Shown: positions 48,101 through 61,986 of the stretch, piece after piece
How the letters are laid out: each line of letters starts with the position of its first letter
Position numbering within the stretch: position 1 is the stretch's first letter
Assembly: GCA_965153355.1 (NCBI GenBank)
Contig: OZ231126.1
Location: 33,480,001-33,544,000, forward strand
DNA length: 64,000 nt
Source of the DNA: Flaccisagitta enflata
Lineage: Eukaryota
Direction of reading: 5' to 3'
Made by a program: the position numbers and the translations under genes
Notes under the pieces: model-generated
What the model was told of the DNA's origin: nothing
The model's input: only the letters and a program-made list of their open reading frames with translations
Database searches by the model: none

Positions 48101-51100
48101 ACATCAAGATAATCTCAAAGATAACTTTCAAAGATATAACTTCTCAAAGATACAATCCTCAAAGATACAATCCCTCAAGATATAATCCTCAAAGATACAA
48201 TCCTCAAAGATACAATCCTCAAAGATACAATCCTCAAAGATACAATCCGCAAAGACACAATCTTCAAAGATACAATCCTTAAAGATACAATCCTCAAAGA
48301 TACAATCCTCAAAGATACAATCCTCAAAGATACAATCCTCAAAGATACAATATTCAAAGATACAATATTCAAAGATACAATCCTCCAAGAGACAATCCTC
48401 AAAGATACAATCCTCAAAGATACAATCCTCAAAGATACAATCCTCAAAGATACAATCCTCAAAGATACAATCCTCAAAGATACAATCCTCAAAGATACAA
48501 TCCTCAAAGATACAATCCTCAAAGATACAATCCTCAAAGATACAATCCTCAAAGATACAATCCTCAAAGATACAATCCTCAAAGATACAATCCTCAAAGA
48601 TACAATCCTCAAAGATACAATCCTCAAAGATACAATCCTCAAAGATACAATCCTCAAAGATACAATCCTCAAAGATACAATCCTCAAAGATACAATCCTC
48701 AAAGATACAATCCTCAAAGATACAATCCTCAAAGATACAATCCTCAAAGATACAATCCTCAAAGATACAATCCTCAAAGATACAATCCTCAAAGATAAAA
48801 TTCTCAAAAATACAATCCTCAAAGATACAATCCTCAAAGATACAATCCTCAAAGATACAATCCTCAAAGATACAATCCTCAAAGATACAATCCTCAAAGA
48901 TACAATCCTCAAAGATACAATCCTCAAAGATACAATCCTCAAAGATACAATCCGCAAAGATAATCCTCAAAGATACAATCCGCAAAGATATAAGCCGCAA
49001 AGATAAAATTCTCAAAGATACAATATTCAAAGATACAATCCTCAAAGATACAGTCCTCAAAGATACAGTCCTCAAAGATACTATCCTCAAAGATACAATC
49101 CTCCAAGATACAATCCTCCAAGATACAATCCTCAAAGATACAATTCTCAAAGATACAATCCTCAAAGATACAATTCTCAATTATACAATCCTCAAGGATA
49201 CAATCCTCAAAGATACAATCCTCAAAGAAACAATCCTCAAAGATACAATCCTCAAAGATCCAATCCTCAAAGATACAATCCTCAAAGATACAATCCTCAA
49301 AGATACAATCCTCAAAGATACAATCCTCAAAGATACAATCCTCAAAGATAAAATCCTCAAAGATACAATCCTCAAAGATACAATCCTCAAAGATACAATC
49401 CTCAAAGATACAATCCTCAAAGATACAATCCTCAAAGATACAATCCGCAAAGATACAATCCTCAAAGATACAATCCTCAAAGATACAATCCTCAAAGATA
49501 CAATCCTCAAAGATACAATCCTCAAAGATACAATCCTCAAAGATACAATCCTCAAAGATAAAATCCTCAAAGATACAATCCTCAAAGATACAATCCTCAA
49601 AGATACAATCCTCAAAGATACAATCCTCAAAGATACAATCCTCAAGGATACAATCCTCAAAGATACAATCCTCAAAGATACAATCCTCAAAGATACAATC
49701 CTCAAAGATACAATCCTCAAAGATACAATCCTCAAAGATACAATCCTCAAAGATACAATCCTAAAAGATACAATCCTCAAAGATACAATCCTCAAAGATA
49801 CAATCCTCAAAGATACAATCCTCAAAGATACAATCCTCAAAGATACAATCCTCAAAGATACAATCCTCAAAGATACAATCCTCAAAGATACAATCCTCAA
49901 AGATACAATCCTCAAAGATACAATCCTCAAAGAAACAATCCTCAAAGATACAATCCTCAAAGATACAATCCTCAAAGATACAATCCTCAAAGATACAATC
50001 CTCAAAGATACAATCCTCAAAGATACAATCCTCAAAGATACAATCCTCAAAGATACAATCCTCAAAGATACAATCCTCAAAGATACAATCCTCAAAGATA
50101 CAATCCTCAAAGAAACAATCCTCAAAGATACAATCCTCAAAGAAACAATCCTCAAAGATACAATCTTCAAAGATACAATCCTCAAAGATACAATCCTCAA
50201 AGATACGATCCTCAAAGATACGATCCTCAAAGATACCATCCTCAAAGATACAATCCTCAAAGATACAATCCTCAAAGATACAATCCTCAAAGATACAATC
50301 CTCAAAGATACGATCCTCAAAGATATGATCCTCAAAGATAAAATCCTCAAAGATATGATCCTCAAAGATACAATCCTCAAAGATACAATCCTCAAAGATA
50401 CAATCCTCAAAGATACAATCCTCAAAGATACAATCCTCAAAGATACAATCCTCCAAGATACAATCCTCCAAGAAACAATCCTCCAAGATACAATCCTCCA
50501 AGATACAATCCTCAAAGATACAATCCTAAAAGATACAATCCTCAAAGATACTATCCTGAAAGACAGAATTCTCAAAGATACAATCCTCAAAGATACAATC
50601 CTCAAAGATACAATCCTCAAAGATACAATCCTCAAAGATACAATCCTCAAAGATACAATCCTCAAAGATACAATCCTCAAAGATACAATCCTCAAAGATA
50701 CAATCCTCAAAGATACAATCCTCAAAGATACAATCCTCAAAGATACAATCCTCAAAGATACAATCCTCAAAGATACAATCTGCAAAGATACAATCCTCAA
50801 AGATACAATCCTCAAAGATACAATCCTCAAAGATACAATCCTCAAAGATACAATCCTCAAAGATACAATCCTCAAAGATACAATCCTCAAAGATACAATC
50901 CTCAAAGATACAATCCTCAAAGATACAATCCTCAAAGATACAATCCTCAAAGATACAATCCTCAAAGATACAATCTTCAAAGATACGATCCTCAAAGATA
51001 CGATCCTCAAAGATACAATCCTCATAGATACACTCCTCAAAGATATAATCCTCAAAGATACAATCCTCAAAGATACAATCCTTAAAGATACAATCCTCTA

Positions 51101-51656
51101 AGATACAATCCTTAAAGATACAATCCTCAAAGATACAATTCTCGAAGATACAATCCTCAAAGATACAATCCTCAAAGATACAACATTCAAAGATACAATC
51201 CTCAAAGATACAATCCTCAAAGATACAATCCTCCAAGATACAATCCTCCAAGATACAATCCTCAAAGATACAATTCTCAAAGATTCAATCCTCAAAGATT
51301 CAATCCTCAATGATACAATCCTCAAAGATACAATCCTCAAAGATACAATCCTCAAAGATACAATCCTCAAAGATACAATCCTCAATGATACAATCCTCAA
51401 AGATACAATCCTCAAAGATACAATCCTCAAAGATACAATCCTCAAAGATACAATCCTCGAAGATACAATCCTTAAAGATACAATCCTCAAAGATACAATC
51501 CTCAAAGATGCAATCCTCAAAGATACAATCCTCAAAGATACAATCCTCAAAGATACAATCCTCAAAGATACAATCCGCAAAGATACAATCCGCAAAGATA
51601 CAATCCTCAAAGATACAATCCTCAAAGATACAATCCTCAAAGATACAATCCTCAAA
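42175..51656. repeat. 15-bp satellite block (GATACAATCCTCAAA)n, ~9.5 kb
   Basis: Direct reading. Confidence 0.98.
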
Positions 51657-52055
51657 CAGTCACTAAACAAAACGACTATGGCGGAACCTGCAATGATGTG
51701 AGGTTTTGTTTCGAGTAGAGACTGCTTTTGTCAATGTAGTAAATCTATGGAATAGAGAATCTCGTCCAAGAAAGAAAACTTCATTGACTGAGAAAGTTCC
51801 GTATATAGAGCTCGATCGATCGGAGAAATTGAAGATTTGAGTTTTCATTTGGAGAGCCCGACGAAGCATTTTTTTGTTTAAGTGTGGTGGAAACAAGTAA
51901 TGCGAGGTTACAATATTGTCTCGTATGGGGGGGAGGGGCAGGGGCGTGCACCCCCCTCCACACATACTCGCTGAGGAACCCACGCACACAGAAATGCACA
52001 TTTTTACGTGATTTGACTTGAGCATCACTGATCAACGGATGGACAGGCTGACCAT

Positions 52056-52220
52056 TTTTTTTAGTCGCGGACTTGCGACTCTAGAACTTGCTATGTCGGT
52101 TGGTTGGTCTATGGGTTGATCTGTCGGTCCATGGGTAACCAAAACAAAATCTAAGCATTTTCTTGCTATTCCACTCCTGCCCACCCGTCCGCAAGTGGGG
52201 GAGTGTGTACGGCCTTGTTT
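52056..52220 (+). mobile_element. Short HINE (family A-related) copy within a cluster of minus-strand HINE fragments
   Basis: TTTAGTCGCGGACTTGCGACT ... GCCCACCCGTCCGCAAGT..GTGTACGGCCTTGTT. Confidence 0.7.
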
Positions 52221-53315
52221 CTTATAAGAACATAAAGACTTAAGACCTAAGAGTTGAGGGTGACCAAAAAACCGACTGATCAATGGACAGAGCGAGTTGT
52301 AGAATTGCGTGCACGCGACTTCAAAAAAAGTGTAATGGATGGATGGACATATGAGCGGACAAATAAAACCTTCTAAAGAGTCCCGAGTCCGCAACCTAAA
52401 ACATTGCCATGTATGCCCCTTTGGCGCCGTCAATTTACAAAACACGTTGCACGAACATGGCAAGTGCGAATTTGCCTGTCAACTCTCGCCCAACAAAAGA
52501 TCAAAGATAGCTAATTAAATGTGACGTGAGCTTCCAAATCATTGTAAGTGAAGTCTACCACTTAATCATGATCAAAGCATGCAGCTTTCTGAAATGTTTT
52601 TAACATTTGTTGTTTTGAAGCTGGATACGCAACTCTGCAAGAGGGTTGCCTGTCAGTCCATTAATCCACGGCCCGCGGAAATTTCAAGCTGTCCTATGTG
52701 AGATTAAAGGGAAAACAATGGCTGTAAGGTTGTGTAAAGGAATTGGAATGTGGATGTGTGGAAGGCTCACTCTGCCTGTAAAAATTACAATTCGGCACAT
52801 TTAGAAAGAGTATCTTGTTTGGAAATGAGTCATCATTGTCACTTTATCACTACTTATCACTGAAGTTTGATCATCAGCTTTGTCATTTGTTGTATTTTAT
52901 TTTGCATGCCTAATGGGTTTTGATTGTCACGTCAAGTTGTTTTGGTCAATAGCCAAGATAATTCATTAGAAAAACTGAAAGTAACAAACAAGAAAACAAT
53001 AATGAATAAATATTATCAATGAACAATAAAAGAGTTTAGAACTGTAAACAATAAAACAAAAAATAATGTTATAACATATTTGTTGATATCTCCTTTTCTG
53101 CTTTTACTAATATCACACTGCTACTAAAGCAAGATTTGGGGGAGGGCGGAAGACAAATTGAATGCAAAGTGCATTAGATGGTCAGCGGTACTGTGCCTGC
53201 TTAAGTCAGCAACAAGCTTAAAGATTATAAGTCAACACAATTTTTCATAGTTGGGATATTTCATCAATATATATTTCATATATTTCATTTTACAATCTGA
53301 CATGTCCAATAGAGA

Positions 53316-54213
53316 TAGTCCACAGCGAATTTGGGGTCTATCACTGGAACGTACGATGTTGCTGAACAATGCCTTAGAGCTGCTATAAAGACTAAAAAGG
53401 CAAACGATTTGTCTTCTGGAGGCCTGGTAAAGACCTGTTCATGAACGACTGTTCATTGAGGGGTAAAAAAAGCTGTTGCTGAACAGGTAAAAAAAAACAC
53501 TCCACCAATGTTTTTGTTGGTGGAATGGTTTTTTTACCTGTTCATGACATATGCTCATCTGGCTGGTAAATAACAGTAAAAAAAAGTTTTTTGATAACAG
53601 TTTTGAGCATATAGTTTAATCTAACGAAGAGTTCATTAGGGAAACTTTTTTGACTCTTTATGAATGGCTGGGTTAAAAGATATTTTGTTAGAGATGAAGT
53701 GATCTTAGGACTATGTTCATCAATACTGCTTTTTGGCTGTACATGAATAGAAAAATTTCATTGAGTGGATAAAAGATCCAGTGATTGAGTGAACCTTTCA
53801 TGGGCACATATGAAAGAGATTTTTTTGCCATAAATAGATTAGACTTGACACTAGCTTCATAATTCGTAAACCATAAATGATGCCTATCTGGCTGTTCATG
53901 AAATACCAAATATTACCTTTTGATGAACAGGTTTATTCATTGAGTAGATAAATGTTACAGTGAAGACTGAAGATAATACACATTGAGTATGAAAATATTT
54001 TGCCCTAAGTGTAGTTAATTACCACTCCACCAACAAAATTATTGGTGGAGTGGATTCTTTAGCCGTTCATGAACGCGCTTTTTATAGCCCTCTCTGAACA
54101 AAATCATTGGGCAAAGGTCTCTTTCATTGTGTTCATCAACACCTGTATGGCATTGTTGCTGAACAGGCGTTCATTCTCTGTTGCTGAACGTACCCAAATT
54201 CGCTGGCGGACTA
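53316..54213. mobile_element. ~900-bp TIR element with mirrored internal hairpins
   Basis: TAGTCCACAGCGAATTTGGG ... CCCAAATTCGCTGGCGGACTA; many TGAAC/GTTCA motifs; no convincing TSD. Confidence 0.7.
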
Positions 54214-54468
54214 CCTGCCCAAATATGGCATCTTTCTTTAAACCTTGGAGATGAGGGCCATGTGTTTAGACATGCAAAATTTTTGCATGCAGAAATATTC
54301 ATATTTTATGAGATAAGTTTGATTTTGATGAATATACAGTAGAAACTCTTTGTCTGGTAATTGTTTTTAAATACTCTTAAAGATATTGAAAGTATAAAAT
54401 CTAAATTTTATATTCAGTAACTTAATAGAATATCACAATTTTTTGTGACTGAAAACCAAATTTGTCTT

Positions 54469-54955
54469 CGTTTGCACCCTGACTTAAGTAGGTTGTGCTT
54501 GTAGCTGAGGGAGGAGGCAGGGCAGCAACCCCGCAGAGGTTGATGACCTATGCTTTCACACGTAAGAGGAATTTTCTTCTCCTGTCTCCTTCCAGCAATT
54601 TGCATTTGGGCCTTGGGGCTGATAATGAGGCCTTGGGGCTTGGATTTGAGCCTCAGGGCTGAGATAATGTTGTCGGGGCTAGATTTTGTGCCTCGAGGCT
54701 AGAATTTGGGCTTCAAGGCCAGAATTGGGCCCCAAGGCTGGGATTTGGGTTTCAAGGCTGAGATTTGGCCCTAAAGGCTGGGAATTGGGCCTCATGGCTG
54801 GGGATTGGGCCTCAAGGATGGGATTTGGGCCTCAAGGATGGGATTTGGGCCTCTTGGCTAGATTTAGGGGGGTGCAGGAGGAGGAGGAGGAGGTGAACAA
54901 TACCCATATCTGTGAAAGCATAGGTCAGCAACCCCTACGGGACCGCTGCCCAAAA
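54469..54955 (-). mobile_element. HINE family B, diverged copy
   Basis: GGGCAGCAACCCCGCAGAGGTTGATGACCTATGCTTTCACA / TGTGAAAGCATAGGTCAGCAACCCCTACGGGACCGCTGCCCAAAA with internal 20-bp repeats. Confidence 0.7.
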
Positions 54956-55489
54956 GCTATTAAAGTTTTTTGGCAGGGGCAGTTTGGCAAAGACTCCGTA
55001 AATATCGGAAAAGCAATGTGACATGGACTGATGACGGGGGCTCGCTATCAATAATCAATGTTGGAATCTAACAAGCCCCACCGGGCAACGGTGCATCCTG
55101 ATTGTGACACTGCCTGCAGTAAATTTCACGCTGATTTCAAGTGATACATACACAGATGCATGCAGAAACAGATTGCTTGAATTTCTGACATGAGTAATAA
55201 GAAACTCAGAAAACACGCATATCGATTGTTTGATTGATTGGATGATTTACCTTGGTCAAAAACAACCAAGAAATGCAATTTTTAACGGACGAACGGACGG
55301 CCAGATCGATGGATGGACAGACAGACCCTTCGACCCTGCGACACACCCTTTGAGGATGCATCAAAAAAGTCATTGTCGTACAGAGGGCGTTTTTCCCCGC
55401 AGCGAAGTAACAACCGCAGGTTGATCCAATCCACCTTTACTAAGAGACTCCCTCGTCTGATCTCGATTGCGCTCGTGTGGGAGTGTGTT

Positions 55490-55730
<241 letters not shown>

Positions 55731-55777
55731 CTATTTACTAAGACAAAATATTATGAGTCAGCAGTCAGCACATTCTG

Positions 55778-56230
55778 TTAGTTGCAGACACGCAGTTATA
55801 TAAGAGGCTTTATCCATCCATCGATCCGTCCGTCTGTTGGTCCGTTGGTCCATAATGATCGAGTTAAAAAGTGCGAAAATGCGCATTTTTAGTTGCGGAC
55901 ACGCAACTCTATAAGAGGCTTTGTCCATCCGTCTGTCCGTCCGTCCGTCCGTCCGTCGGTTGGTTGGTCCGTGGACACGAGTCGAAAAGTGAGGAAGTGA
56001 GTGTTTTAGATGCTTTTTGTGCATGTGAGTTGGGGACTTGTGGTGTGGGTTGGGGTTGGATGCCCCTGCCCACCCGTCCGCAACGATATTGTGACCCCGC
56101 GTCACTTGATGATACTGAAGCTGATACTGTCTGTGTGTTGGAGTGTGTTTGTGGTGGGCGAGGGTGTGTACGAGGGCTAGACGCCCTTGCCCACCCACCC
56201 ACAAAGATACTGTGTCCCGGCGTAACTTTT
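55778..56230 (+). mobile_element. Two nested HINE family C copies (inner 55886-56107)
   Basis: The outer copy is broken at GCGCATTTTT|GATG, which is intact in the copy at 56457. The inner copy is complete, AGTTGCGGACACGCAACT ... GTGACCCCGCGTCACTT. Confidence 0.8.
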
Positions 56231-56354
56231 TAGTTGTTTAAATTGTTACTTGTTAGTATGTATAGTTGCCCTAATAATTCACGGCAAATGGGCAAATAGA
56301 CAATAGGCAACTAAATAAGCGGGAGCGGGGATGCTGAATTCCCTATTTTCACTC

Positions 56355-56583
56355 TTTTTAGTTGCGGACACGCAACTGTACAAGAGGCTTTGTCCATTGG
56401 TCTGTTGGTCCGTCAGTCGGTCGGTCCGTGATGATCAAGTTGAATAGCGTCAAAACGCGCATTTTTGATGTAGCAATTATGATTGTCTGTGTTAGTGTGT
56501 GTATGGTAGACGCAAGTGTGGATGGGGGTTACATGCCCCTGCCCACCCGTCCGCAACAAAATTGTGACCCCGCGTCACTTGTT
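56355..56583 (+). mobile_element. HINE family C copy
   Basis: TTTTTAGTTGCGGACACGCAACT ... CCGTCCGCAACAAAATTGTGACCCCGCGTCACTTGTT. Confidence 0.82.
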
Positions 56584-56749
56584 GACTCAAGTATTACTGA
56601 CCAAAGGACAGAGAGACACAGCCTCTTATATCAAGTCGCCAGTTTACAAGTAAAAACATTTTTGAACATGAGAACGGTTTATTTTGGACAAAAATTTTCC
56701 ACTATAGGTAGAATAGTTCGGATTTGAAATACGGTATACTATCAACCAG

Positions 56750-57181
56750 TTGGGTGCTTCACGTAGCAAAAATTTGGATTTTTTGTTTTATCATACTGAT
56801 AAAATGTAAAGAAACAAAAATAATAAAGATCACCGTATTCAGAATTTTTTGATTTTTTATTTTAGTTTAAAGAATCTTAGCTGATATAAAAAGCAGATAA
56901 ACTATTTTCAAAAATGAAAAATTAATAGTTGCTATTTCAAAGTATATGAGCATACTGATTTTTCCTACTACATTATAAAGTAGGTCCTGAAACAAAACGG
57001 AAACGGAAGATGAATGATCTTAATTAAAAGAAAAATAGTAAAAGAAAAAAAATGGGAAAAATAATAGCCCTTCTATACTAGTTCAAAAGTATAAGAAATT
57101 CTCAATTTTGAAAATAATAGCCCCTCCATACTAGTTCAAGAGTATAAGAAATTCGCAAATTTTGCCATGTGAAGCACCCAA
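56750..57181. mobile_element. MITE with 9-bp TSD (Mutator- or hATm-like)
   Basis: ATCAACCAG|TTGGGTGCTTCACGTAGCAAAA ... TTTTGCCATGTGAAGCACCCAA|ATCAACCAG; internal ~55-bp direct repeat near the right end. Confidence 0.9.
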
Positions 57182-58145
57182 ATCAACCAGTGCTAACAGA
57201 CAAAATCCACTTGGAAGGTAGTCAGGATCGCCTTCTCGGGTAGCCTTGCTGGATAAAATTTGGTAAGGTGGAGTAGAGAAGGGGTTTAGGTGTGTCAATA
57301 TGCAAAACGTCTATTGATCAAACCATCAATATTAGAGAGCAAAAATTAGAAAATTTCAAGACTGTTGTTAATATTATTCTTGTCTTTTCAAATTTTATCT
57401 ATCTTTTTTTTAACCTTTTTTTAGCCCTAAATTCGCATATTGCTGTATTACGTGGGAAGTAAAATATTATGTTATGTTGGTTATGTACTTCCGTTGAAAT
57501 GCTTAGCAATTTTGATGCAAAATCAGCTATAAATCTGGAAAAGAACTTTTATTTCTATTAAAGGAGTTAAAAAGAAATATTTTCTAAAAATAATGGTAAG
57601 CTTCATCTTTAACAAAATTAGTCACTGAAATTAAATACACATTGTCCAATTTTTGATCATGCTTAAAAATGGAAGATAGATGAATTTAAATAGATCTAGC
57701 TCATTTGGCTCAGTTCTATTTTTCTCTGATTTTCAGCGTAATCAATACATACATTTGCTCTTGATTTGATCTAACAAATAAAAAAGATGCAGGGACTGAA
57801 GATAAAAGCTTGGTGAAACGTGTCCAATGCTTACGACTTTTTTCCTCATGGCGACAGCCGCCATTACTTAAATAACATCAAAAACAAAAAAAAGCACATT
57901 GGAAAAAAAAACATCAATAAAGTCCTACTTCCGTTGCATTAACCACAGAGAAACCACAGATGAAGTCAGCTCCTGGGCGTTTTATTTTCGCGCATTTTTG
58001 ATCAATTTTGGCGAAATGCTTTTTCACATTGGGCGCCGTCACATCGTCGCAATCAAATTTGCCCCAGACCCGCAAAGCACCTTCTTTGAGGAGTGAGCTT
58101 GCGGGGGATTCTTAGTCCGTGGACAAAATACACATGGTCATCTTG

Positions 58146-58445
58146 GGGCGTGTTCCTAGTGACGACAATCATCGCGTTTATTCCTATGTAATGCCTTAAC
58201 AACATGAACACATATTCAACAATATCAACCGTCCCACGAGGAAGTGAATGAGCAAGCCCCTGAATTGAGTGAGCGAACCCGAGAATGCAAATGGAGCAAG
58301 CAAGCAAAGCGCGCGTAACAAAGCAAAGCAAAGCACTGCAGAGCAAGTGAGTGAAGTCACTGAAGTGAGCGGTGCGAATGAATGAACGAAGCGAGCGACC
58401 AAGTGGCCCATTAAAAACGCGATTGTCACGTGTAGAAACAGGCCC
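58146..58445. mobile_element. MITE with GGGC termini (PIF/Harbinger-like)
   Basis: GGGCGTGTTCCTA..GACAATC..CGCGTTT / AAACGCGATTGTCACGTGTAGAAACAGGCCC; flanks TTG / TTA (imperfect 3-bp TSD). Confidence 0.6.
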
Positions 58446-58671
58446 TTATTATCATTGTACAATTCTTTTACGCCTCTATGGCTCTACTCTGAAGCCTAGC
58501 TGTCTGAAGCCTCTCATAGATGAGGTCACCGGTAGCTCCTTCTTGGGCAATCCTCCTGCGAAACCTTTCCTCTCAATTCCCGTCCTCTTCATCCTTCGCT
58601 CCTGCTCCATGCCCCTCTCTCTTTACCTATCTTATTCCGACTACTCTTCTCCAACATGTTTGTTGATACCC

Positions 58672-58672
58672 G

Positions 58673-58752
<80 letters not shown>

Positions 58753-58849
58753 GCTGTTGTTGTTGTTGTTGATAGAGGAGAGAGGTAGGTCAGGCTCTTG
58801 CTCGTAGATGGATTCTTCGACGAATGATGCGTGGATCATCTACTTGACG

Positions 58850-58934
<85 letters not shown>

Positions 58935-59009
58935 GTTGCATCATTTGCGCAATTAGTTTTTTCTTATGTTGTCATAATTACCATCAATATCTTCATTATT
59001 GTTGCAACG

Positions 59010-59053
<44 letters not shown>

Positions 59054-59055
59054 GC

Positions 59056-59103
<48 letters not shown>

Positions 59104-59130
59104 GTGGTTGCTGTTGTTGTTGTTGTTGTT
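58672..59130. repeat. Three (GTT)n microsatellite tracts
   Basis: Tracts at ~58672-58770, 58848-58933 and 59008-59130. Confidence 0.96.
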
Positions 59131-59362
59131 CTCGTTGTTGTTCAAGCTCCTTTGTGTAGTTCGAAATCCGCGCTTTTGGAAACGAAATATTTTTCCTCTC
59201 TCCCCAAGCTCTATATACTGAGCTTCCTCTTTCTACGGAAATCTCTTTGATAAGCGAGATTCTCTATTCAATAGATTTAACCCATCTAATTAAATGATCT
59301 CAACCTGGAAGAAAACCTCGAATAATAGGAGGTTCCGCCATAGTTGTTTTGTCTTGTGACTG

Positions 59363-60646
59363 CAAAGATACAATCCTCAAAGATACAATCCTCAAAGATA
59401 AAATCCTCAAAGATACAATCCTCAAAGAAACAATCCTCAAAGAAACAATCCTCAAAGATACAATCCTCAAAGATACAATCCTCAAAGATACAATCCTCAA
59501 AGATACAATCCTCAAAGATACAATCCTCAAAGATACAATCCTCAAAGATACAATCCTGAATGATACAATCCTCAAAGATACAATCCTCAATGATACAGTC
59601 CTCAAAGATACAATCCTCAAAGATACAATCCTCAAAGATACAATCCTCAAAGATACAATCCTCAAAGATACAATCCTCAAAGATACAATCCTCATAGATT
59701 CAATCCTCATAGATTTAATCCTCAAAGAAACAATCATCATAGATTCAATCCTCAAAGATACAATCCTCAAAGATACAATCCTCAAAGATACAATCCCCAA
59801 AGATACAATCCTCAAAGATACAATCCTCAAAGATACAATCCTCAAAGATACAATCCTCAAAGATACAATCCTCAAAGATACAATCCTCAAAGATACAATC
59901 CTCAAAGATACAATCCTCAAAGATACAATCCTCAAAGATACAATCCTCAAAGATACAATCCTCAAAGATACAATCCTCAAAGATACAATCCTCAAAGATA
60001 CAATCCTCAAAGATACAATCCTCAAAGATACAATCCTCAAAGATACAATCCTCAAAGATACAATCCTCAAAGATACAATCCTCAAAGATACAATCCTCAA
60101 AGATACAATCCTCAAAGATACAATCCTTAAAGATACAATCCTCAAAGATACAATCCTCAAAGATACAATCCTCAAAGATACAATCCTCAAAGATACAATC
60201 CTCAAAGATACAATCCTCAAAGATACAATCCTCAAAGATACAATCCTCATAGATACAATCCTCAAAGATACAATCCTCAAAGATACAATCCTCAAAGATA
60301 CAATCCTCAAAGATACAATCCTCAAAGATACAATCCTCAAAGATACAATCCTCAAAGATACAATCCTCAAAGATACAATCCTCAAAGATACAATCCTCAA
60401 AGATACAATCCTCAAAGACACAATCCTCAAAGATACAATCCTCCAAGATACAATCCTCCAAGATACAATCTTCCAAGATACAATCGTCCAAGACACAATC
60501 ATCCAAGATACAATCCTCCATGATACAATCCTCCAAGAAACAATCCTCCAAGATACAATCCTCAAAGATACAATCCTCAAAGATACAATCCTCAAAGATA
60601 CAATCCTCAAAGATACAATCCTCAAAGATACAATCCTCAAAGATAC
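59363..60646. repeat. 15-bp satellite block
   Basis: Direct reading. Confidence 0.98.
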
Positions 60647-60647
60647 C

Positions 60648-61157
<510 letters not shown>

Positions 61158-61610
61158 CAATCCTCAAAGATACAATCCTCAATGATACAATCCTCAAAGA
61201 TACAATCCTCAAAGATACAATCCTCAAAGATACAATCCTCAAAGATACAATCCTCAAAGATACAATCCTCAAAGATACAATCCTCAAAGATACAATCCTC
61301 AAAGATACAATCTTCAAAGATACAATCTTCAAAGATACAATCCTCAAAGATATACAATCTGCAAAGATACAATCCTCAAAGATACAATCCTCAAAGATAC
61401 AATCCTCAAAGATACAATCCTCAAAGATACAATCCTCAAAGAAACAATCCGCAAAGATACAATCCTCAAAGATACAATCCTCAAAGATACGATCCTCAAA
61501 GATACAATCCTCAAAGATACAATCCTCAAAGATACAATCCTGAAAGATACAACCCTCAAAGATACAATCCTCAAAGATACAATCCTCAAAGATACAATCC
61601 TCAAAGATAC
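61158..61610. repeat. 15-bp satellite, last block
   Basis: Direct reading. Confidence 0.97.
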
Positions 61611-61986
61611 CGGGTGGACTTAAAAAAGGTAGCTCTGTATCTGAATAAATGAAAATCTGTTTGTAATGGTTTATTATGTGAATATTTGAAATGATGAATC
61701 TATGAATTTGTATACATGTTTAAAACATACAAATTCAAATTATGTATGATGACCCAAAATAAGTTTTTCTAGGCATTATTGCCCGTTTATAACTAAAAGT
61801 GAAAATTAGTCATTATTAGTGTTTTTGATGTGCGTTTGGTTTTTTACTTAAAAAGTTTTGATGTTTATAGTTTCCTAAGACCCATTTTTATTCAACTATC
61901 TTCATTCAAAAATGAATTTTGTTAAAATTCTTGATTTATAGTCTAATTTAAGTAATATTCTTTAGGTGGTCCGTAATTCAATTCAG

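Noticed and set aside
61609-61980. TA|CCGGGTG mariner-like terminus ending the satellite
   Set aside because: No matching inverted end was found in the window.
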